Source: Bugula neritina
Taxonomy: Eukaryota > Animalia > Bryozoa
DNA: 64,000 nucleotides
Assembly: GCA_964035545.1 (NCBI GenBank)
Contig: OZ037770.1
Span: forward strand, 6,892,729 to 6,956,728
Direction of reading: 5' to 3'
Shown: positions 17,492 to 30,263 of the stretch, piece after piece
How positions within the stretch are numbered: position 1 is the stretch's first letter
How the letters are laid out: the number at the start of each line of letters is the position of its first letter
The notes under the pieces: generated by a model
The model's input: the letters and a program-made list of their open reading frames with translations, nothing else
Told to the model about the DNA's origin: nothing
Databases searched by the model: none
Translations under genes and position numbers: made by a program

Positions 17492-20161
17492 TTAATGAGT
17501 CACTGTGACCCCATATCTATTAGGAGGTTTCCTGTTTCTCAAAGGCCTATCAGTAACAGCAATAGCCTGACTCGAAGTTGGAGTCAGTGGCTTGACATCC
17601 GACACATTTCTGCGTTTCTCAACACCTTCTTTAGACTGGACTACAACCTCTGACCCTTGTTTGCTAACAACCTGTTGAGACTCCGGATCATATGTTGCAC
17701 TGAGCTTGTCAGTTTTATTCTGACGAATCAAGACTTCATCTCCTACACTGACATCGGGCATATGAGCCTGATTACTTAAGTAACTCTTACTCTTCTCCTG
17801 TGCAACTGCTTGGCGGTCTCGTACCTCTTCATCTAGTCTGTTTGACTTCTCTAAGCAAGGAAGCTTTGTTTGGAGTTTTCTCCCCAACATGAGTTCTGCC
17901 GGAGAAACACCAGTAACAGAGTGTGGTGTTGAACGATAACTTAGCAGAAATTTTCTCAACTCAGCTTTATGGTCTTTGCCTGAAGTGTGAGCTATCTTGA
18001 GTGCTTTCAATAGGCTCCTATTTTGTCTCTCCACTTCACCATTGGCAGCCGGCCACATTGGTGTGGTAGACATCCAGAATACACCATACTCATTTAGAAA
18101 TTCCTGAAATGATTGACTAACAAACTGTGGTCCATTGTCAGTTCTAATACTTGATGGAACTCCCCATCTACAGAACATAGCTTCAATAGCTTCAACTATT
18201 TTTGTAGCAACTGTTGACCTCAGAAATGCTACCTCAAAATAACGACTGTAATAGTCAACCACTACGAGAATACTCTCTCCATTGGGTAATGGACCCAGTA
18301 AATCACAAGCAATGTGTTCCCATGGCTTGTCTGGCATTTTTGTACTGGACATGGGTGGTGGTCTGCTCGGTGCACTGACAAGCTGGCACTCATAGCAACC
18401 TTTACAAAACCTCTCTACGTCCTGATCCATGCCTGGCCACCACAATTTTGTACGCAACAACTGTTTTGTCTTACTTGTACCCTGGTGACCCTCATGAGCC
18501 AACTCCACTGCTACTGACCTTAATGACACAGGCATTACAATCCTGTTGCCCCTCATGACTACTCCTTCAACTTCAGCTAGTTCAGTCATGACAGCTTTGT
18601 ATGCAGGAAGGCAGTTTGACCATAGGCCACTGATTAGTGACTTTCTAACCTGGCCCATCTCCAAACATTTAGCAGCAGCCTTTTTAATTTCATTAAAACT
18701 CATTGCCTTGGGCACTGACAGTTTAGCTATCATCATTACATACTCATCAGCAACATTATTCACATTATAAGGGGTATGCTCATCAACTGACAAACGAGAC
18801 AGTGGGTCAGCTATGTTCATTGACCCCGGCTTGTAGACCACCTCATAGTCAAATGCTTGTAGCCTAAGCACCCAGCGTTCAATCCTAGCTGATGGTTTTG
18901 AGTTTACACGATTGAAAATAAATTCCAACGGTTTATGATCAGTCACTAACCTAAACTTAGTTCCAATCAAGTATATGGCAAAGTGTTCACAGCCCCATAC
19001 TATAGCTAAAGCTTCCCTCTCAGTCTGAGAGTATCTGCGCTCCACGGCTGACAGACTGCGATGCCCATATGCAACAACTCTCTCACAACCACCAACACGT
19101 TGACTTAGAACAGCACCTAAACCATACGGACTAGCATCAACTGTAACAGTTGTCTCAGCATTTGGGTTGAAATAAGCTAGTGTTTTGCTCTGAGCCATCA
19201 TAGATTTGATTTTATCAAAGGCAGCTTGCTGCTCACTAGACCACTGAAACTTACTTGCTTTCTTTACTAACCTCAGCAGAGGCTCAGCATGTGTAGATAA
19301 ATTAGGAATGAATTTACCCACAAAGTTCACAAGACCTAGGAAACTACGCAGCTCTGTAACATCCTTTGGGACCCTAGCTTGTACAATTGCTTTGACTTTC
19401 TTGTCACTTACTGATATACCTTTGTCTGAAATATCATAGCCTACATAAGTGATCTTGCTACAGCCAAATTTGCACTTTTCAGCATTTAATGTCAACCCTA
19501 GTTTACTCATGCGCTTGAGAAATGCTCTAAGCCTAGCATCGTGCTCTTGTTTGTTACTGCCATATATAACAATATCATCAGCATAATTTTGGCAACCCTC
19601 CAAATCTGCTATAGATCTCTGTATGTGATACTGATAAACTTCACTAGCAGATGCTACCCCAAAATTAAGCTTCTTATATCTGAATACCCCAAATGGTGTG
19701 GCAAATGTTGTAATAGCCCTAGAGGCTTCATCAAGTTCTAACTGATGGTAACCAAGTTTTAAATCTGCTTTGCTAAAAACTTTAGCACCATTGAGATTGT
19801 ACATCAGCTCTTTGACTGTAGGAATTGGATGCCTTTCCCTAATTATTGCTTTATTAGCTTGTCTCATGTCTACACATAGACGTATATCATTACCGTCCTT
19901 AGGCACAGTGACAATAGGACTAACCCAAGGTGTAGGACCCTCAACTCGCTCAATAATATCGGCAGCAAGCAATTCATCAATTTTAGCCTTAGCTTTATTC
20001 CTATGACCAAATGGCATGCGTCTTACTGGTTGAGCAACTGGCTTGACATTAGGATCTATGTGTAAAGAGACCTGCAAATCCTTCAACAAACCAACACCCG
20101 CAAAGCACTCAGGAAACATATCCAACCACGACTGCCGATGAAGCAAAGTGAACCCCCTCAC
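17492..20161 (-). CDS. pol: Gypsy Pol: reverse transcriptase, RNase H, integrase
   Basis: RT motifs LCVDMR, ADLKLGYHQ, LNFG, YADD; RNase H VDAS, EREALA, TDHKPL, ADPLSR; integrase HEGH...CYEC, DLLGP, TDNGPQF, NGEVER; order RT-RH-IN is Ty3/Gypsy. Confidence 0.97.
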   Translation of the reverse strand: MRGFTLLHRQSWLDMFPECFAGVGLLKDLQVSLHIDPNVKPVAQPVRRMPFGHRNKAKAKIDELLAADIIERVEGPTPWVSPIVTVPKDGNDIRLCVDMRQANKAIIRERHPIPTVKELMYNLNGAKVFSKADLKLGYHQLELDEASRAITTFATPFGVFRYKKLNFGVASASEVYQYHIQRSIADLEGCQNYADDIVIYGSNKQEHDARLRAFLKRMSKLGLTLNAEKCKFGCSKITYVGYDISDKGISVSDKKVKAIVQARVPKDVTELRSFLGLVNFVGKFIPNLSTHAEPLLRLVKKASKFQWSSEQQAAFDKIKSMMAQSKTLAYFNPNAETTVTVDASPYGLGAVLSQRVGGCERVVAYGHRSLSAVERRYSQTEREALAIVWGCEHFAIYLIGTKFRLVTDHKPLEFIFNRVNSKPSARIERWVLRLQAFDYEVVYKPGSMNIADPLSRLSVDEHTPYNVNNVADEYVMMIAKLSVPKAMSFNEIKKAAAKCLEMGQVRKSLISGLWSNCLPAYKAVMTELAEVEGVVMRGNRIVMPVSLRSVAVELAHEGHQGTSKTKQLLRTKLWWPGMDQDVERFCKGCYECQLVSAPSRPPPMSSTKMPDKPWEHIACDLLGPLPNGESILVVVDYYSRYFEVAFLRSTVATKIVEAIEAMFCRWGVPSSIRTDNGPQFVSQSFQEFLNEYGVFWMSTTPMWPAANGEVERQNRSLLKALKIAHTSGKDHKAELRKFLLSYRSTPHSVTGVSPAELMLGRKLQTKLPCLEKSNRLDEEVRDRQAVAQEKSKSYLSNQAHMPDVSVGDEVLIRQNKTDKLSATYDPESQQVVSKQGSEVVVQSKEGVEKRRNVSDVKPLTPTSSQAIAVTDRPLRNRKPPNRYGVTVTH

Positions 20162-21365
20162 CTACAGGACCAACCCTCAGCACACCCAACTGCTCAGATG
20201 TACTTTTACATAACAATGTAGTAGCAGTACCATTAAATATGTAAAACTTAGCATGCACACATTTACCAGTAGAAGGCACAAAAACATTCACATCAGTTTC
20301 ACCTATCAAGTCTAAGCATGCAGATTTGTTACCATAAGCAAATAATTGTTTGGTTGTTGGTTTTACTACACAACCTACTAATTTAGCAGTATTTCTATCT
20401 AATAAATTGCTAGAAGCTCCCGAGTCAATTAGTACAGATAAATTGGTATTGTTCACCTGAACTGAGAGCTTAGCTGACCTTGCTGCATTGATGTTGAACA
20501 TCTCACCTCCAGTATTGTCACTAACAGTAAACAAGGCTTCAATATCATCCTCAGTATCAGCAGTGTACTTCTTAGCACTATTATCCATAGAGTTTATCTG
20601 TCCCTTAGCTCCTCTGCAAAACTTGGCCCCGGCAAAATGTCCTTTCTTGCCACATGATCTACACATCTTTGTGCGAGCTGGGCATTCCTCTGAAGAGGCT
20701 ACATGCCTTGTAGATTTGCACCTGAAACAGCTCTTTTCCTTTGGCATATAATGTGTGTCTTTCTTGTGTGGTTTACTTCTGCCATTCCTCACATTATTTA
20801 CAGCAGCTCCAGAGCTATGAATGTCCGCACTTTGCATACTGACAGCTTCCTCCGTTTGAGAAATAGAAATTACATGAGCCAGTGTCAATTCTGAGCCTCT
20901 CTCTAGTAATTTCCTACGTAGATGACTAGACTTACATTTTTCAATTACCTGATCTCTAATTACATTGTCCACATCGTCATATTCGCAGGTAATAGCAAGC
21001 TGTCGTAGTCTTGTGATGTAGTTTGTGATTGTCTCCCCACTCGTCAGCTCTGTTCTACGAAAAACTGACCTTTCATAGGGAATGTTCGTCTTGGGTGTAA
21101 AGTGAGTATCTAGTGCTGCCATAGCCCTGGCATATTCATTAGCACCCTCTCCAGCTGGCAGTACTTCAAATATGTCTTGCACTTCTTCGCCAGCCATGTT
21201 TAATAGCAGTGCCTTTTTCTGAGCAGCATTTGTAACCCCTCTCCCTACAACGAAGTACTCAAACGCCCTCTTCCACTTCTTCCACCTCGATCCAACAGTC
21301 AGGGGATCTGTAGACACAGAAAAAGTCCTCACGTTGCTTGTACTAGTGTCCAGAGAGACAGCCAT
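20109..21365 (-). CDS. gag: Gypsy Gag plus aspartic protease
   Basis: WKKWKRAFE...KKALLL capsid start; paired zinc knuckles CFRCKSTRH...CPA...CRSCGKKGHF (Mag-type); protease active site LIDSGAS. Confidence 0.95.
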   Translation of the reverse strand: MAVSLDTSTSNVRTFSVSTDPLTVGSRWKKWKRAFEYFVVGRGVTNAAQKKALLLNMAGEEVQDIFEVLPAGEGANEYARAMAALDTHFTPKTNIPYERSVFRRTELTSGETITNYITRLRQLAITCEYDDVDNVIRDQVIEKCKSSHLRRKLLERGSELTLAHVISISQTEEAVSMQSADIHSSGAAVNNVRNGRSKPHKKDTHYMPKEKSCFRCKSTRHVASSEECPARTKMCRSCGKKGHFAGAKFCRGAKGQINSMDNSAKKYTADTEDDIEALFTVSDNTGGEMFNINAARSAKLSVQVNNTNLSVLIDSGASSNLLDRNTAKLVGCVVKPTTKQLFAYGNKSACLDLIGETDVNVFVPSTGKCVHAKFYIFNGTATTLLCKSTSEQLGVLRVGPVGEGVHFASSAVVVGYVS

Positions 21366-21421
21366 GGTTAGAAATTGCCCAGAGTAGTAATATTCCAGTT
21401 ATAAGTAATATAGTTTATATT

Positions 21422-21431
21422 CTCGTCGCCA
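21422..21431 (-). promoter_or_regulatory. Primer binding site, tRNA-Ser(GCU)-type
   Basis: TGGCGACGAG one base inside the 5' LTR, complementary to the CUCGUCGCCA 3' end of metazoan tRNA-Ser(GCU). Confidence 0.8.
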
Positions 21432-21432
21432 T

Positions 21433-21627
21433 TGTAACAATGTTGATTGCGTGTAAAGGGAGAGTAAAAGTTTATTCTGCACTGCTTGCACTCGCTATAA
21501 CAACTGACTGCTTTACAATCAAGCACATAATAATATTGCACTCAAAACCATGACTAATAAAATAAGTACATTAACCTTTCACACATAATTGGTAAAACAG
21601 ATGTGGACACTTAGCCAGGATACAACA
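21433..21627 (-). repeat. 5' LTR
   Basis: 195 bp, adjacent to the PBS, flanked by TSD GAGTT. Confidence 0.97.
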
Positions 21628-23326
21628 GAGTTAATTAGTGAAATCTTGCATATATATGAGTATATTGCTATACACATACCAGTATGTTATTATCATAAGT
21701 CAGCCTACGCGGTAAGATTACCTAATATGCTTGCGTCTAACATGCATTCAGGTGATATTGTAATAACTGGAGAAGCAAAAGTCTATAAAAATTTAGTCTC
21801 ATTAACATGTACATTGCATGTATGTAGCTTTACAGTAGTATTCTGAGTAGTATTATAATCAACTGTTAGACAAAAATTGAAAATGAATAAAAGGAAATGT
21901 AATTGAATTGAAATCCATTTATCATTTTTTAAAAAAGTAATAAAAGTAGCAGTTTTGATTTAAAGTTAGCAAAATATTATACTTGGATGTTTATATCGGA
22001 CAAAGCCTTTCATCTTGACTTGATGCCTTAACAAAAAGTGTTTCATAATATTATTATTATGGAGCTATTAAAAATGATTCTTCAAAATAAACTTTAGTTA
22101 TAACACTAAGACCACAGGCCTTGTCATAAGCTATACACAGTATCTTTTTTGATCAAGTAAATTGTCTGATTACTGATTGATAATTTTCTATATGGAGGTT
22201 TGTCTCAAATCAAGCAACAAAACACACAACAAAGTAAAATACTTGAGCTTAAAACAATTTTCAGAAGCTCTTTATAAATAATAAACTCTTTACTAAATTT
22301 AGATTCTGGTTCTCAATTATGTAACGTATCTCTCAGGTACGTTGTAATATGTTTGTTAAAATAATATTGTACACTCAACAACTTGTGCTTAGATATAATA
22401 AGATTCTTATTATGCCCGTGAATTGTAGTGAATGCAACTAATCCTCAGCATAATTATATGCAGATCTAAAAGGCATTTATTTATAAGCAAATTACTAATT
22501 TGATTAATTATAAACTAAAAGTCATTTATTTTTTCAATAAAATAGTAAATTTTGCTAGATGTATGGATGAGGGGATAGTCCAGTTTAGCTAATGTAATCA
22601 AGAATCTATGCCAGATGCAAGAAATACTTTGTATTACAACAACATGTTGTCGAAAGTTTTAGAAACAATTCGTTTAAAAGCCAGTGACTCAAATTCAAGA
22701 AACTAGCCAAATTCTGGTAAATTAAAAAGAAGTTTAACTATTCATTCTAGTCTTGCCTATCTAAAAAATCTTCAACCAACACTAATTACCTAACACTCTG
22801 TAATAATGTCTGCATCGTTACATACAACTATTACAACTACTCTATGTGCCATGCAGTCATTATGTCCAAAATGCTTAGAACTATAAAAAGGGTAATATAA
22901 ATTTAATTATGCAAGGTCCCGTTTTAAAAAGCTAAGGTGAAAACTTGAAAGCATGATGTGCCTAAGTTTTAGTCAAATAGATATTATTATAAGACAGCCT
23001 CTCTTCTACACGGATAGATAAAATAACTCATAACTCTGAAAGGTGTTTGAAAGCTAAAGTTGCCAAATCGTGACGTTTTAATGCTTATTTGTGGTGCCAA
23101 TTTGACCATTTGCAGTTTAGGAAAATATATCGATGATGATGTAAACACCTCCTGCATGATATTATTTTCAGACTTGACTGCAAACTAACTTTATCAGGCT
23201 CTGTAGCCCACTTGTTGTAATAATGGAACCTTGGAAATAGCAATATTGAAAAGACACAAACTTACCTTGTACTTGCGCTTACAGTTTAATAGACGTTAAG
23301 TACTTAGCAGCCTAAGTAAAAGATAG

Positions 23327-23455
23327 TGTAAGTACAATGTAGTAGAAGTATAATGTAGTGTGTGTAGAATGTACAGCAGGTAAAGAGTAGTAGAATTACA
23401 ATGTAGTGTGTGTAGAATGTAAAGCAAGTAAAGAGTAGTAGAAGTACAATGTAGC
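23327..23455. repeat. Short tandem duplication (about 48-bp unit, 2-3 copies)
   Basis: AATGTAGTGTGTGTAGAATGTA..GCA.GTAAAGAGTAGTAGAA.TACAATGTAG repeated. Confidence 0.75.
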
Positions 23456-25410
23456 TGTTTGCTAGCTAGTCCTAAACTGCTGTGTAGCTGCAGGTAGTTT
23501 GCATAAAATAGACGCAGGCAATAATACAAACAGATAACCTACGAAGTATCTCCTTTAGCAGCTGCGTGCTGTAGCCTATCCCAGCTAATTATTAATAATA
23601 TGCATGTTTATATATAATATGCCTCACAGCAGAGTCAGCTGTGATGTCATAGTCAGCTGAAATAATGCCTTGCAATAATTACAGCACTAATTATACTACT
23701 TAATGTCAATACACCTACCTTACAATACAGTTATTAATCATATAGCAGTACAACTGTGTTACAAGCTGCTGCTAACATAGTTCATAATTATGATGTATAT
23801 GTGCTGCCTATAGAAATCTCTGTCCGATAACCTCATCCATGCATAGTTTAGTAGGTAAATTAATTCCAATGACTTGATTACAGAGTTGCTGTCTGCTAAG
23901 TAAAAGACATATAACTCATGGGGAGTTTAGCCTTGGTTATAGTATTGATCAATACTGATCGACTGTAACATGTTATCATAACTGCTATTCTACTAACAAG
24001 CTAGTCAAGTGAAGCTGTTATATATACTAATTATGTTTGTTTGAGAATACTTGCCCCAGTGAGACACCTGATGGTAAGAACTTATGTCACTAAAGGCTGT
24101 GTATACTGTGGCAAGGGAGCTCCCTACATAAACTATGAAACCAGGTCAGAACTCGTATAACCTATCGCTGCCAGCATTATCTTGAGCACCAGAATGACGC
24201 AAAACTGTCTGCCAGAAAGTGAATACCAGTTCTTACAGATTCTCTAGCAATGCAGAATTAGCAGATAGTCCAGACTTGTTCCCATCACTTGTATCTTACA
24301 GCTTGCTGTTCAAAAGAGCTTCAGAAAGCTAAAATATGCTTTCAAACATCAACATGATTTTTTATTATTTTAACCATTCAGTAAAGTTATTCTTGATGGC
24401 TATATTATGTGTTTAAACCCAGCTCTTGAAAATATGCATGTTCAACATCTAAATTCCCACCTACATTTCTCAAAAACGTTCAGTCAGCATCAGAAACTCA
24501 TATTGAAAAAAGCCAAGTGAATCTTATTGGACCCAACATGAAGATGTTTAACAAAGAGAAGGTGACTATATACTCGTGTTATTCCCCGCCCCATGCGGTA
24601 CCATCTATGAAGGATAAACTTACTCTAAATATTACAATGAATTTTCTCTTCCTTGACATGCAAAAACAAAAAAAATTCAAACATTTTCCTGTCTAAGAAT
24701 CAACTATTTTGTAGCAGAACTAGGAAAGGCATAGCAAACTGGGAGTTGTCTTTTATTGTTTAATTATGTGAGTAAGGGACAGGCAAAGTATTGGTAAGCA
24801 GTTTATTGTGGAATATAATGTAAAGTCATCATATGAAGAAATACCAAGTTAGATTAAAACACAAACATGTAAAGAGAACTTTCTAAGCAAATAGATATAT
24901 ACAAGCATATATTATTACACTGCTGATTCACAGTTGAGGAACTACTACTTCGGTATGATTAATAGGCTACGAATGGTCACTAAATTATGTACCATAATAT
25001 GGTGAACCTTATCACGATATACATACTACCTGATGAAAAGAATATACAATAATATAAATAAAGGAATTATATTGCACACATAGAGTTATAAAGTTGAGTT
25101 GACACAATGAATCAATAAATATCAGGCTTAATGATACAATAAATACATGATAATGTTCAAAGGTCTCATAAAAATCTCTGATGAAAAGGAATATTACTCA
25201 TGGATATATATACAAAATAACATAATCAAGCTGATTAAATAAATATAATTATACTACTTCCCAGAGACGAATATGCACATAGTACCAAAATCTTGAGCTA
25301 AAGTAATTTGATTTAGTTATGTTTATTCTGAGAAGACAACTCCAAATGTATGTTCTAGAAATATGCCTACAAATAATTTGGGATACAAGTGCAGACAAAA
25401 CAGGACCTGT

Positions 25411-27324
25411 CTAGACTTGCTGAGTCGTGTGGTCCACAGTCTGATGTGGGGAAGCAACTTCTACAGATGAATCAAGATTATCATATCTATTGCCATTGCC
25501 ATTGCCAACTGCAAACCAAAACAATGAAAGGGGTGATTACTAATTAGTAACCACATATAAAATACAAAGTTATCAACATAGCTATGATTACAAATATTGA
25601 GACTAATTAAGTGTGAATAATTAAAGGCTCTCCACATTGAAATCTTTCTGTGACATTGGCTTTATTTTCATACAAGATAGTGAAAACTATGAGAAGACAA
25701 ACTTCAATATTATCTAACCTGTAATGGAACACAACTCAGCTGGTAGCTCACCGCCCCTCGTAAGATAGGTTTTGTAGAGTATGAAGCAGACTACCGGTTT
25801 GAGGATTAGGTTCACTATGCACATCCTGGGGGGAATACAAGTTACATATAGAAGAAAACATAAACTGGCTGGGGCTTACAACATGTTCCTACATGTATGT
25901 TAAAAGCAGACTAGATATGCACTCTGATTGTTGCTTTCCCTTCAAAGCTAAGTCTACTTTAGCTATTGATCTTGTCAGTACTAACACCTATTTTCAAAAT
26001 CTTGAGATTAGAGTTTAGTTTTAACAACTAAATAAACTGAGGTAGGTGCAGTAAGGGAGAAACCAAGAAAAGCATGTGTTCTAGAGGAGAAACATAGCAA
26101 AAGAAGAACTTTAGGTTTTTACAAGAACTTCAACCAGCACCCCAAACCAAAATTCAACAAAAACAATTAAATAAGTTAGACTATTTCAATTTCCCCACTA
26201 CCGCTTTTGAATGAGAAAGGAAGCCAACTTTTGTTTGACATACAATCGAATAGGTGATGTCAACAGTTATTACAAGGAACTTTTAGTAAATGTTCTAAAT
26301 GTGCAAAACAGCAGGACAGCTTGATGATTCATGTCAATTAACAGTGGAAACACTATGATGCCAAGAAATTACACTAGCAGCCATTTTAATGAAGAAAAAG
26401 ACTAGCATTCTTAGATATGATATGTTGGATATGATAAAGGAAAACTACCCTATAACAGCTGCAGTTGTCAGTGTGATAATGTTGACAACTCAAGTCTACT
26501 TTTATCTAGAGTTGTCTACACATGCAGTTACTAACCCTACTTCGAAATTTCCAACTTATTATATCTCAACTACTCATTTACCATTTTACAAGCTATAGCT
26601 CCAGGTTGAAGTTTTCCCTTGTCATATTATTGTGATTGTACATAATAAACAAAATCAACACGTTAATAGAATAAAAAAGATCTCCTATGCTCTAATTTTA
26701 GATAGCATAACTCTTAAACCTGTTTAATCATAGAAATATTTCCTTTTTATATGTTCTTCTGCATAGCTTTACCATTAGGTTTCTTTTTTTGTCTTTGAAT
26801 TTTACTTCAAAATTCCGTAATATTAAATATTTTATTTTTAATTTTCAGTAGCAGTGATAACCTCAAACAAGTAAAGTTGCTATAAGAAATTATTTGACAG
26901 CAGGTTAGCCTTTGATGTCAGTCCTGTTTTATCATCAAATGTCACCAGATGCCTCCCTGCCTTTAATACTGCTGCAGTGACTAATAGAATAGTGTTGGCA
27001 TTTACATTTATAAAATGATGAAGAGAGAAAACAGTTTGTTGCTTTAATAAACAATTCATATCATAACTCTACAACACTCTACAGATTAACACTCACCCAA
27101 GGGCGAATCTGTAGGTGTTCCGTGTAGACGGCTGAGAATATGGCCGCTCAATGGCAATGTTTGCCAAAGGTTGGTACAGGCCAAGTAATATGATGTCATT
27201 CAAAATGGTGAACAAATTCATCGCAAAATACTACAAGAGAAATACTCAGTATAAAATAACAAATATTTAACTGAAACTTTGGTCAAGTGGATCATTCTAA
27301 CGGGTCTGTGTGGTGGTGTGTATA

Positions 27325-27371
<47 letters not shown>

Positions 27372-27378
27372 GTGTATG

Positions 27379-27443
<65 letters not shown>

Positions 27444-30263
27444 ATGTGTGTGTGCGTGTGTATATGTGCGTGTGTGTGTGTATATGTGCGTGTGTATATG
27501 TGTATATGTGTGTGCGTGCGTGTGCATGTTTTGTATGTGTGTGTATATGTGTGTGTGTGTGTGTATATGTGCGTGTGTGTGTGTATATGTGCGTGTGTGT
27601 GTCTATATGTGTGTGTGTGTGCGTGTGTGTGTCTATATGTGTGTGTGTGTCTATATGTGTGTGTGTCTATATGTGTGTGTGTGCGTGTATGTGTGTGTGC
27701 GTGTATGTGTGTGTGAGAAAAATATAGCACAAACTTAGATAGTTGAAACCCGCTTTTTATTGCTGAAAATTTCATTGTCCCATTTAGGTGGCATGTCAAT
27801 AGAACTCAAGTGAAGAAACCAGTGTGTCAATATGATGACATGACCCAAATTCTCAACTATGGAGTCAATAGTTGAGAAGGAAGTAAACATGGGGTAATGG
27901 ACTATGGCCTAAGATGGTGCAGATGTTGTATTTAATATAGAATTCTATCAATTTTCAGTTCATTTGAAAGAAGATACTTATTTACTGCCTAAATGAAGTT
28001 GCAAGAGAATGACCCAAATATTTAATTCTAATGGACATAAACACGCTGAGCTAAATATACACTGTTATAGAGCAGGAAGATGGCCATGTTTTCCAAAGTC
28101 TCATGATTGCCCTGGTTCTAATCTCTCACATGCCATCATTTTATAAATAATATAAGTAAGGGTTAAATTCTTTCCCATCACTCATCCCTACATGTAATAT
28201 TTATGAGTCATAGCATCATGTTGAGCACAGCAATAGGTTGACATCCCATGTCTCAGCTAGCAGTCACTTTAACAGAGCTGCTCCACTGGAGGATATTGAA
28301 ACATTATGCAACACATTGTGACATTTCAAGCCAATTTTGATGGTGAAATAATTAAATGAACGAACAAGGAAGTTATAACAGCTCATTCTTAGTATTTACT
28401 GAAGTCCGTATAGCAAAACGCAAAGGGAGAAAAGCTTTGCAGTTGTATGAATATTCTGTTGAATGTTTTCAAGCATCATACTGAGTAGTATGAGCTGCAT
28501 GTACCAGTATAAAAGCATAAAATATGAAATTTTTGAAGATAAAAATCTGCTGATTTCATCTTGCCTTCTGCTAAAAAATAATTTCCCGTCAATTAAATAC
28601 ACTATGGTTGAGAATAGCATGTAATTACATCATATTATATAATATTATATAATGTAATTACATATGTGTATCACCAACAGAATATTTGGATATATTAGAG
28701 AACAGAATATTTGGATATATTAGAGAACAGAATATTTGGATATATTAGAGAATATAATACTGTGTAGAATGTGTAGAGAAATAGAGTGCATTAGATAACA
28801 GGTTCACAAAATACATGCAATGATAACACTTACAATGCCAATCATAAGGCCTTGTGTATTTGTGAATATGATTTTCATTCATGAGATAAGTATGAACTAA
28901 GAGGGATTGTCTATTGTATAGAGATATGATATGATATACTACACTGATGTAGAGTAAGCAACTATACAAGTATGGAGAACCATTGACTAGGCTAAGAGGC
29001 CATATAATCCATTGTTTCACATGTGGCTGAATCAATCACCTACTGATAATAAAGTTAATCTGAAAAGCAAACCCACTTATACAGAGCAGTTTAGAGTACT
29101 CAACTAGCTCAGTCAAATGATCTTCACCTTCCATAGTTTCACTTACCATCATCACCAGATCTGAAGACTTCGGCTTGGCTATGCAAAGGATACCAAGAAA
29201 AATGAGTATAGTATGAGTGTATCTATATGTAACTGGCATGAAGAAGCTGTAGGGGGGCTCCAGATACCCCCTGAAAATATCAGCAGATTTACCCCCTGAA
29301 AATATCAGCAGATTTTCAATTTGCACTTATAGCAATTAGCAGAGACTGGCTTCAACTGTAGATATAGTCACATGAAGATTACATGACAGGAGTATTTCAA
29401 TGCAAACACAACCTAAAAAATAGCCATGATGAACACATCAAAACCAACATTTACAGAAACAAAAAATGCCAATTTTATGCACACTTCGTAAGGATTTGGG
29501 AATGGAAATGAAGAGCTAATAGTTTTGGGTCGAAACTCACCATGTTGAAAACACTATCTGCACCAACACCACCACCTACAATATATGGTCAGATGACTCA
29601 TGACAAATAACTTCTTTTTATAGAAAAATAAAATAGTGTATGACTTGTATGGAATTGAATCTCAGCATTGATTGTTGATTGATGTATTAACTATATTGAA
29701 TTAACTACATGACTCACTGACTCAATAAAAAATACGTATAGAACTAAGCAGTCATGGAATATGGAAACACCTGCCAGTCATCTAATATACCCAATTATAA
29801 AATTTTAACAAAGTCTCTCACCTCAAACAAACAATGAATCACTCACAACTTTTATCAGCAAAAACAAAAACACCCAACAATTTACAATCACCTATTAACC
29901 ATGGTATATATTGCTCTTTTATACTTATAAATTTGTCCTCAGGTTTAAATTTTATATTGCCAGAAAAATTGTAACAGTACAAGAAAAAAGATGATAATGA
30001 AAAACAACGATACCTATGTATAATACAATAGTCACACATTTGTTCTGAAATCAAAACCCAAAGGCTGCAGTACAAATTTAATTAGCAAAAACAGATTACA
30101 GCCATTACTGTCAACAGGTGAGTATGGCATCCAGTTATATTAAAAAGGATACCATAAATAGGCACACCAGCTGGTACATACTCACACTGAAGCTCAGTAA
30201 TACATGTACCGATAATGTTCTGCTCACCTTTAAGAGGAAACCATCGTACACAATTCTTGCCAT
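25411..30263 (-). CDS. AGTRAP: Type-1 angiotensin II receptor-associated protein (6 exons, about 177 aa)
   Basis: Exons 30228-30263 (MARIVYDGFLLK), 29541-29575 (VVVLVQIVFSTW), 29147-29270, 27097-27230 (FTILNDIILLGLYQP...RFALG), 25719-25825 (MCIVNLILKPVVCFILYKTYLTRGGEL), 25411-25508. Matches the recalled AGTRAP pattern LK-VILL..W / RFGVGMAILSLLLKPL...RGGEL. Confidence 0.88.
27316..27714. repeat. (TG)n compound microsatellite in an AGTRAP intron
   Basis: TG/TA/CG dinucleotide array; source of the HT-rich and CV-rich ORFs. Confidence 0.95.
28676..28754. repeat. About 25-bp tandem repeat, 3 copies
   Basis: AACAGAATATTTGGATATATTAGAG repeated. Confidence 0.85.

Larger units (their letters stand above)
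16833..21627 (-). mobile_element. Full-length Ty3/Gypsy LTR retrotransposon (Mag-like clade), recent insertion
   Basis: Two 195-bp LTRs (16833-17027, 21433-21627) bounded by TG...CA; 5-bp TSD GAGTT at 16828-16832 and 21628-21632; PBS and PPT present; gag-PR and RT-RNaseH-IN ORFs inside. Confidence 0.97.

Noticed and set aside
17423-20894. Short plus-strand ORFs antisense to gag/pol
   Set aside because: Typical shadow ORFs of long coding frames; no recognisable motifs.
27218-27799. His/Thr-rich and Cys/Val-rich ORFs
   Set aside because: Artefacts of the (TG)n microsatellite in an AGTRAP intron.
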